A stretch of DNA of 64,000 nt from Eledone cirrhosa (Eukaryota). The stretch spans positions 34,658,001 to 34,722,000 of the forward strand of contig OZ024741.1 of NCBI GenBank assembly GCA_964016885.1, written 5' to 3'. Below are positions 54,258 to 64,000 of the stretch, piece by piece (position 1 is the stretch's first letter; each line of letters opens with the position of its first letter). The translations under genes and the position numbers were made by a program. The notes under the pieces were generated by a model that ran no database searches, was not told where the DNA came from, and saw nothing but the letters and a program-made list of their open reading frames with translations.

Positions 54258-54302
<45 letters not shown>
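54100..54302. repeat. (GATA)n microsatellite
   Basis: Seen directly in the sequence. Confidence 0.9.
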
Positions 54303-55211
54303 TGAGGTAATAGGAGGTAGTAGGTAAATGAAGTGGACAGAGCGGTAGAATAGTAAAGTAAGTTAAGTGTATAGATGTATAAATAGATAGGTTCAGTGAC
54401 ATGACTGCATGATACAATAGAACGGTAATGTGAATGGGGGAAATTAAGTTAAATTAACTTAACTAACAAAAAACCGTAGACTTTAGTCTTATTTCTCATA
54501 TATTTTGATATCTCTTTTGTTGTTATGTGTTTTTCATTTCACTTTTATCTTAATTCACAGTTGTATAAATATCATTACAAATCCTTACAGAATAAAAATA
54601 TAAACATATTAAAAAAAGTACAGTTAATAAATGTTTATATTTTTATTCTGTAAGGATTTGTAATGATATTTCTACAACTGTGAATAATAGAAATTTGTAA
54701 TGTTATTCTTTTATCTTAAGCTTCCAGGATCGTGGGGGGTGATGTTGGGTGAAACAGTGTACCACCTTACACCATCAATTACTATATTTACCGATGCATG
54801 TTTTTTATGTGTGTGTTATCCGCCCAATTTTTTTTTCTTCACGTGTCCTTACATTCTTTCCCATTGAACTGTTGCTTGGAAGATGATCTTAATAAATCCA
54901 TCAGATCTTGTCAAGTGACTGTACAGTCTCATTTTGCCTTTTCTTTCCTGCTTATTTTTTTCTTTTATTACAGTACTTGCCCACATGTTACCTGATTGCC
55001 GTGCGGATGCTTTCGTTGGTTGCATATTCCATGATTTTTCTGTAGCATCTCATTTCGAATGTCAGAGATTTTCCTTGGTATTTCATGGTAAGCACCCATA
55101 GTCTTGTAGGCATATAAAAAGATAAAGAGTATTCGAGCGCTCGTGGGTTTCATGGGTTTCAGTTTATCTTAGAGACAGATTCTTTTCCAGCCATATTGGT
55201 CTTAACCTTGC

Positions 55212-55268
<57 letters not shown>

Positions 55269-55365
55269 CGAAGGAAGTGTGGTAAGGAACCAGGTGGACC
55301 ATAACGCACCAGAGTACTCAATACTTTGGGTAGGTGAGTGGGTAATAGGAAAAGATTCAGGACCC

Positions 55366-55405
<40 letters not shown>

Positions 55406-56323
55406 GTCATTTATATATATCTAGCAAAATCTATCCGCCACATACTGACCTCCAAACGACACGACAGGGGTGTTTTTTTATTTTTTTATCTTGGGTTGGC
55501 GCTAATAGTCTGGAGAAACTGGCCAATTGGGGTTAAAGGAGATAAGATTTTCTTAAAGCCATTCCACTCTGGTTTCTCGGAAGAGAAGGACATTCTTCCA
55601 ATGTGGAGTAGATGTAGCGATGAAAGGAATTGGTTTGTGTTTTTTGTTGTTCATTGGAGCGTGACAGAGGTTGTAATAGTGAAGTTGTTGACTTGATGGG
55701 TGGTTATAAAGAAGGTAAAATGTGTTCCATAATAAAGCGTTGTGAGATGCCGTTCAATGAACAAATAAAACATGATCGATACTTAAAGGAATTTTATTAA
55801 GAAAATAGCTTACATCAAAGCTATTGTTGATAAAATAGGAAAACAATAAAGAACCAAGTGAACTGTGTGTTATGTTTATGTGGTTAATTTGCATGAATGT
55901 AGTAGTAGTCTGATCAAATGCATTAAACTAACTTTTAAACCCCTCCCCATATATATATATATATATATAAACAGAAGACCGGACTCTAAATGTTTTTTTA
56001 TAAATTTACAAAATCTCAATACGTATTTCTGTTGCCTAGTTGCATCATCAGATCATGACGTAAGACTTTGGCGATATCATCAGATGTAGATTGTAAAGAT
56101 TGAAAAGACTAGGTAATTGATAACAGGATTACGGCAAACACAAACATAGAATAGAGAATAGATTTCATACAGAGATAGCCCGCCAATTCGGTGTTATTGA
56201 TGCAGTGAACCATCTCCGAATGACACACACTCAGCAATGCTAAGCGACCAAGGAGAGTGGGGGTTGTTTGAAGAAATGTTACTGTCCTAAAATATACACA
56301 CCTCACACGTGTATATATATATA

Positions 56324-57420
56324 TAAGTATGTATACGTACATACATATATGTATACAGACGTACAGTAGTATGTATATATATATACATACATGCACACAT
56401 ATATATATATATGCATGTGAGTGCATATTTAATATATATATATATATAAATGGAAAAAATGAAACGAAATTTCATTTCTCACTCTTAGTACGGCTGTTAC
56501 TTAAATATAAGTATGTATACGTACATACATATATGTATACAGACGTACAGTAGTATGTATATATATATACATACATGCACACATATATATATATGTACGT
56601 ATGGATTTACCGAACATTTATTATAATGCTCGGTTTGTTTGTAAACAAACATCCCGAATTAAGCCGTACAGTGTCTAGCAACCATCGTTGCCCTTTTGTT
56701 CAACACTGGCAAAGGAACGATGTACTTGTTTCAAGCTTATTAGCTATCGTCAGCACCGTATACCTTCCTGCCAGATGATTGAACGTCTGAAAGTATATAC
56801 TTTCCTTATGCATATTAACGGCTGAGCAGCCTAATTTGCATATTGAGTGAGTTAATCGGCCGGGCGCACCGAAAATGATACGTGTACATACTTATATTTA
56901 AGTAACAGCCGTACTAAGAGTGAGAAATGAAATTTCGTTTCATTTTTTTCCATTTATCGTTTTCCGTGCGCCCGGCCGATTAACTCACTCGATATGCAAA
57001 TTAGGCTGCTCAGCCGTTAATATGCATAAGGAAAGTATATACTTTCAGACGTTCAATCATCTGGCAGGACGGTATACGGTGCTGACGATAGCTAATAAGC
57101 TTGAAACAAGTACATCGTTCCTTTGCCAGTGTTGAACAAAAGGGCAACGATGGTTGCTAGACACTGTACGGCTTAATTCGGGATGTTTGTTTACAAACAA
57201 ACCGAGCATTATAATAAATGTTCGGTAAATCCATACGTACATATATATATGTGTGTGCATGTATGTATATATATACATACTACTGTACGTCTGTATACAT
57301 ATATGTATGTACGTATACATACTTATATTTAAGTAACAGCCGTACTAAGAGTGAGAAATGAAATTTCGTTTCATTTTTTCCATTTATATATATATATATA
57401 TTAAATATGCACTCACATGC
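56324..57420. mobile_element. ~1.1-kb fold-back with partial tandem duplication, family I
   Basis: 56412-56878 is mirrored at 56955-57420; duplicated blocks at 56324-56410 and 56885-56955. Confidence 0.8.
57077..57117 (+). ncRNA. Minimal type I hammerhead ribozyme (mirror copy on minus strand at 56718-56758)
   Basis: CGGTG-CTGACGA-t AGCT aata AGCT t-GAAA-CAAG-TA-CATCG. Confidence 0.75.
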
Positions 57421-58304
57421 ATGCACACGTTGCAGAGAGGTGGAGAAGGAAAGGGGGGAATATGTTGGTTTTCCTTTATGCTTTCATTCTTTCACTGGTT
57501 TCGGTTTTTAGACTGCGGCTATGGGAACGAGGTCACCGATTTAACCCTTTTGTTACTGTATTTCTGATTAAAGACACTAATAAATTTGAAATATTTAAAA
57601 ATAAGGAATTTAAAGGGATTTAACAAAATAACTAACTTTCTCATGGTTAAGTTAAGGTTTTTAATATAACATAAAGGTTCTCGCATAAAATTTACATGGA
57701 ATGGGATTTTTTTCTAGACAAATATTCCATTTTAATTTTATGTGAGAACCTTTGTTATATTGTGTTAAAAACCCTAACTTATTCGCGAGAAAGTTTTATA
57801 GTAAATAGTTTTGTATCATAGAATCATGGGTCTGTACAAGGCGATTTGACGTTAGAACTGGGACCAACTGTTTGAAGGTGATCTAAGTATTTTTTCAAAT
57901 CTTGTACATATTTTATCGATCTTTTTTTTGTCGAAACTCTTACATTGGGTGGAGTATTTAGAAGGGGGAGAGGGTACTAAGGCGTGACCTGGGTCAGTGT
58001 AAGAACTGAGAAAACGATGTTTTTGAAAAAAAATGTATTAGTTATATATCTATTTATTTTATCTCAACCGAAATGTATAAGAATAATAGTGGACAAATTG
58101 GGTGGGAGTGGGGGATTAGATGGACTGTATGCTATGCAAATAATAGCCTTGAGAAACGATCATAGTGGAGGTGGTGGTGGTTGTAGTAGAGGTGGTGGAG
58201 GTGGTGGTGCATTGAAGACAACAGAACGCAAACAACACTGTTTTGTACCAGAATGACACTGGTAAAATAATCTACTAAACTGGGCTATCAAACCATTAGC
58301 TGCG

Positions 58305-58831
58305 ACATACATACATACATACATTCATACATACATACATACACATACATACACATACATACATACATACATACATACATACATACGCATATTTTACATG
58401 TACACACACATGCACGTATGTATATTAATATGAATGCATGCATTCATTCATACATACATACATAAATACACACATAGATACATAGGTACATACATACATA
58501 TATACATATATATACATGCAACCCTGCATGCATGCATGGGTACATACACACACATACATACATACATACATACATACATACATACATACATACATACATA
58601 CATACATACATACATACATGCATACACACATATATAGATGCATACACACACATACATGCATACACACACATACATGCATACACACACATATATAAATACA
58701 TGCATGCATGCATACATGCTCCATACATACATGCACGCATGCATGCATACATGCATGCATAGATTCACGCATGCATGCCTACATACATACATACATACAT
58801 ACATACATACATACATACATACATACATACA

Positions 58832-58862
<31 letters not shown>

Positions 58863-59085
58863 GTTTACACACTTAATGATAGAAGTTTACAATTGCTTCT
58901 GCCGGTTTATTTGTCATCTGAGTCAGTCGGTAACTATCTTGTCTGATAGCTGGTTTAGATTCATGTATGTATGTCTGTATGTCTGTCTGTATGTGTGCAT
59001 ATATGTGTATGTACGTATGTACGTTTGTATGAATGTATGTATGTATGCATGCATGTGTGCATGTTTATATGTATGTGTGTATGTA
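58305..59085. repeat. (ACAT)n/(TATG)n microsatellite block
   Basis: Seen directly in the sequence. Confidence 0.9.
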
Positions 59086-59089
59086 TATT

Positions 59090-60782
59090 TGTCCTACAGT
59101 AATCCCTGAATCACAAAGGAGCTTTAGATCTGGCAGAGGGACGATTGATATGACCTTCTCTACAAGGCAGATTCAGGAGCAGCGGGTTCTTCTGTATCTC
59201 GTTTTTGTTGATCTGACAAAGACCTTTGATATGGTGAACAGAGATGCACTGTAGAAAATATTAGGGAAAATAGGGTGCCCACCAAAGTTTATTAATATGT
59301 TCGTCCGACTGCACAGAAATATGAAGGCTCGGGTTGTCTGGAATGGCGTGAAACAGGGAGATATCCCGGCTCCCACACTGTTTTCAATGTTTTTTTTGCT
59401 GTGATGCTGACTCGTGCTTTCCAGGACTGTGGAAAGGGTGTTCTATTGTAAGTTAGAATTACAGGCGGGATCTTAGACCTACGAAGGTTCAATTTCAAAT
59501 CCAAGGTGTTCCAAATATTAATCAGAGAACTCCTGTATGCCGATGTTGTTGATTTTCTGGTTCACTCTCAAGATGACATGCAACACATCATGGATTGTTT
59601 TGCAACTTCTTATAATGCCTTTGGCATGACAATTAATCTAAAAAGACCACGGTAATGCTCAACCCATCACCAGGGGGAGCATATATTGAGCCAAATATAA
59701 TGGTGCATGGGACTAGGTTAGGTGTAGTTGACACTTTTGTTTACCTGGGTAGTGCATTATCAAGGGATGGTTCACTGGATGCAGAAATACATCTACGCAT
59801 TCAGAAGACCTCTTTGGCTTTCGGAAAACTTGAAAAAAGAGTGTGGGCGATAATGGCATCGATATCAAGACCAATATTAGTGTGTACAAGTCCTGCATTC
59901 TGAGTGCTCTGTTGTACTCTTCGGAAACGTGGACAGTACATCGTAGACACCTTAATTTGCTTGAACAATTTAATCAAAAGTGTTTAAGACGAATCCTAAA
60001 CATGAAATGGCAACAAAAATACCTGACACAAATCCTTATAGATGCTGGTTGCACGAGCATTGAATCTACCATCATATCCTCTCAAATACATTGGGTAGGC
60101 CATGTTGTGCGCATGAATGAGGAAATACTCCCAGACAACTATTTTACAGTCAATTACACACTGGGAAACGTCCTCAGCAGAAACCAAGAAAAAGATATAA
60201 GGATTGCATAAAAAACAACCTAAAATATCTAGAGTTTGAAGTTCAGAACTGGGAAGTGCTTGCTTTAAAGAGGGGTAAATAGAGAGGATATGTGAAGGAA
60301 GGCTGCAGAATGTTTGAAGAGAGACGCCTTGATCATGAAAAATTTAAAGGTCAGCTTCGAAAAGGCCACAGTATGAACCTCAATAAGAACATATGGAGCT
60401 GGAGTTGTGAGGTGTGTGGTCGTTTACTGCTCTCTAAATCTGGGTACGTCATTAATTTAAAATCACAAAAAAAGCCAACTGTATGCAGCTCTATCCCTCC
60501 AATGTTAGGTGTGACAACATGTGTGGTGTGCAAAAAGATCTGTAAATCAATCTCTGGTATTAAAAGGCATATAAGGGTACATAAGGATGACATCCCACAA
60601 ACTGACCCAATCAATCCAATAGAGGGCACATCTTTTGTTTGTCACATTTGCTGCAGATCGTGCAAATCTAATGCTGAATTTAAAAGCCACTTAAGGGGCT
60701 ATGGACGGACGTTTGAGTTGGTGATGGTGGATGGGGATGCATAGGGAGACGGCAATCATCTGCAAAGATGAAGCAATCACCT
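59090..60782 (+). mobile_element. 5'-truncated RTE/BovB-like LINE with C-terminal C2H2 fingers
   Basis: PESQRSFRSGRGTIDM, FVDLTKTFD, GVKQG, LLYADV, FVYLGS, LLYSSETW, WVGHVVRM; multiple frameshifts. Confidence 0.88.
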
Positions 60783-60899
60783 TGTATATATGTATGTACG
60801 TATGTATGTATGTGATGGACTCTCCCGTCGTATTTCGACATATGAGGGTTCAACAGCCTTCTCAGTTCATTTTTATTTTAATGTCTTAAATGGCATTTC

Positions 60900-61741
60900 A
60901 GTTCAGTTGCCCCATTTAGTGCAGATGACGGTGGTTTTTGATTGGAGCAGAGTGTAAGGGTTGACCGAATCTCGGTGTTAGTCCTTAGTTCACGAATATG
61001 GACCTGACGAGATTTTTCTAAGTTCTTTATATCTTCATGGCAGACAGTTCTCCATCTCCACGGTGCGCAGCTAATGCTTCAAAAGAAGTATGAGGTATGT
61101 CCACAGATTTAAGATTGTACTTCAGATTGTCTTCATATTCATGTAATGGTCTGCCTACATCACGTGTACCATTAGGAAGCTGATAGTAAAACAATGTCTT
61201 GTGTGTGCATTGAAGATTTTGTCAGAAAGTGTATAACCACAGATAGAACGACGACAGTGATTGTGGAAGATATCAAGCTTATAAATGTAGGTGCGATAAA
61301 GTGTCCATGACTCCGAGTCGTATAAAAGTGTTGTCAGTACGACTACATGATAAACTACTACTTTCGTTTTCAGGGATATACCTCTGACACACCATAGACG
61401 TTGGTGTGATTTGCCAAAGTTGCTTTGGAGATGCGATGGACGATCTCATCATCCAGGAATGCAGAGGGGTTCACCTTGCTGCCAGGATAAGTAAAGGACC
61501 TCACATACTTCAGATCTGTACTATCAACAGTGACAGGAACAAGGAGATGCCCGTGCCCCGGTTGTCCTTTGCTTAATATCTACTTATCTGGGGTGGGCTT
61601 TGGCTGATGTACCACATCAGTCTTCTTGATGCTGATTGTTAAACTAAACTCGTTACAGGTAAGTGAGAAGCGGTTCATCAATTCTTGAGCCTCTTCGAGA
61701 AATATTGTAGCAAATGTAGCATTATCAGCAAACAGTAAATT
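60900..61741 (-). mobile_element. Decayed RTE-like LINE fragment
   Basis: NLLFADNA..AQELMNRFS..FSLTISIKKTDV, FTYPGS and FYYQLPNGTRDVGRP motifs. Confidence 0.75.
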
Positions 61742-61924
61742 ATGGGTGTGTATGTTGTATGTAAGTTTGTGCATGTTTGCAGGTGTGGTTATGCATATGT
61801 GTATGTATATGTATATATGTCATCATCATTATTATCACCATTATTTTTACGTCCGGGTAATGAGAAGCGATATATGTTAACATGTTTTTCTCGGGAAACA
61901 AGAAACCAATCTTTCCCGTGCTCT

Positions 61925-62295
61925 TGGCAGTATCGGTAGAAGGTCGGACGCCATGCTTTGCATCATAGAGTTACGCTCCCTTATAGTCTGAGTTCAAATC
62001 TCGCCGAGATTCACTTTGCCTTTCATCCTCACGGGGTCGATAAAATAAAGTACCAGAAATGTACTGGGATAATTGCTGGCCTTGTGCCAACAGTAGAAAC
62101 AATTATTTTGTTTGGCAGTATCGGTAGAAGTTCGGCCGCCATGCTTTGCAGCATAGAGTTTCGCCCCCTTATAGTCTGAGTTCAAATACCACCGAGGCTA
62201 ACTTTGCCTTTCATTCTTACATGGTCGATAAAATGAATTACCAGTAATGCACTGGGATAATTGCTGGCCTTGTGCCAAAAATAGAAACAATTATT
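61925..62295 (+). mobile_element. Two tandem family-1 SINEs
   Basis: A box, B box and core each present twice. Confidence 0.8.
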
Positions 62296-62451
62296 TTGTA
62301 CATTAAGAGATGTACAGTTTGTACATTACGAAGTCAATTCCCTCCATTCTCTATTTATTTGTTGATATTGGTTTTTACGCATAGAGTTGAAAAATTTCAT
62401 TGCCAATGGACTGATCGATTTTGGTTTACATTCAATTACGTCGGTCGGGTC

Positions 62452-63925
62452 TCAAGCTTCAAGAACCTCTAAATTTGTAAACATATCACATGATAAGAAG
62501 CGTTGCATCATTTGTTTTGAAAAGCTCACATAGAAACTCAATATTTTTATTCGAAATTCATGTAACTCCTTTTGGGAAATGGTGGCAGAGTTTTCTATCA
62601 AAATACTTTCTGCAGTGGCACCATAATAGATGTCTTCTATTTTAAGATATGTAGAAGGATCGTTCACATTTACTTTACTGGTATCAGTTTCAATAACTCT
62701 CTTTTGAGGAAGTTACTGAAAGTAGCTTTTATTCTGGTGTTAATCGGCTTTCGTAACTTATGAATTCTACATGTTTCTGTCTGGAACTCTAAATTGAGCT
62801 TAACAATGTCCGGTAAAATATAAGCAAGGAGAGAAAAATACATTTTTGTCATCGGACTTTGTAATTCCCTTAATATTTTGGAAGTCATCATGGGGATGAT
62901 ATCTTCCAATGCTGTTGTGAAATATGACAAAAGTGTTGACCATTGCGTCCAGGTTCTTTGTACAATTTGTTTCAAAGAAAGCCATCTTATACGGCTAATA
63001 TGAAGAATTTTGTGAGGACTGATATTTGTGATTTTAAATTCCATATATTTGGCTAGGTGCTTCGGACTATTGCTCAGGTACGAAAAATATTTCTTGGTAA
63101 TTCTTCCAAATAATATGGTAGTTCATTGCAGGCTTTAGAAGCGCATAGATGTAGTGAATGGCAAACACAAGGTTGTATAAATATATCAGGATTTTTCTGC
63201 TTCAAAATATATTGAACTCTTCCTTTGCTTCCCATCATAACACTGGCATTATCAATGGTAAATCCAATTAAGTTTTCAAGAGAAATATTATTCCCAATAA
63301 AAAATGATTGTAGACAATTGTAAATGCCAAGCACACAGCAGTCTTTAATTTCCAGAAGTGTCAACAATTCGTCCAGTCTTTTGAATTTCAGGATTGTAAT
63401 ATCTCGCTACTTGAACAAGCTGCTGGATGTTTCATCTACAATAAGAGAGAACTTCGCTTAATTTAGCTTAGACAATACACCATTTAGTTCTTGCGCACTA
63501 GATGTCATTAGCGATTTTTTAATCAGAGCACATGTTGGCAATAATGTCAGGCAAATAATTCAAAATAGCACTGGGTAGATTGTGCTCAGCAATAAATCTA
63601 CAGTTTCAACTCAGTCGATGCTATTTTCGTTAAGTGAGCAGAACATTGAGCAGGCTTTATAAAATATGTTACCTTCACTGTTTGTTTCGCATTCTTTTTG
63701 GTGCTTATCTGTCTCTTCATGTCCTACTATTTGACTTACTCTACCAGCTATCTCACAATTGCACAATTTATAGAAGCCTTTACTTGTGTTCTTTTTACTC
63801 AGTTCCAAACACGAGGAAAATTTCTCATCGTTTAATAATTTTGAAGGAACTTTTCTTTCATAGAAAGTAGATTTTAGATTTTTCTTCAGGGGAATGTCAT
63901 TTTCGTCAATATATTCCATATTCAC
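62452..63925 (-). pseudogene. Decayed hAT transposase (Charlie/ZNF862-like)
   Basis: Fragmented ORFs with DETS, GFTIDNASVMMG, CVCHSLHLCAS, RWLS and LNLEFQ. Confidence 0.85.
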
Positions 63926-64000
63926 TTTTTTTCCATTCTTGGTGGATTCAAGATGTTTCTAAAAAAAGCAAAATAGTTCAGATATTGAAAGATGACACCA

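Overview
AT-rich, microsatellite-dense eukaryotic genomic DNA; the SINE and microsatellite landscape looks like an Octopus/cephalopod genome (inference). Only one probable host coding exon was found (minus strand, 37316-38603, acidic low-complexity protein). The rest is transposable elements. These include a head-to-tail train of four Tx1/L1-clade LINE copies sitting exclusively in (GATA)n (one nearly intact); R4/Dong-like, CRE-like and RTE fragments; several Helitrons; a decayed hAT transposase; MITEs; tRNA-derived SINE arrays; and minisatellites. The most striking unannotated signal is a large set of short, non-coding, mostly (TA)n-embedded fold-back elements from sequence-unrelated families. 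They carry minimal type I hammerhead ribozyme motifs, including U3-A8 and U4A core variants. Many also share a covarying bulged 3' hairpin (RCTC-stem-TY-GAGY). This is consistent with a Penelope-like/retrozyme-type mobilisation system. All structures were read by eye; coordinates of degraded elements are approximate.
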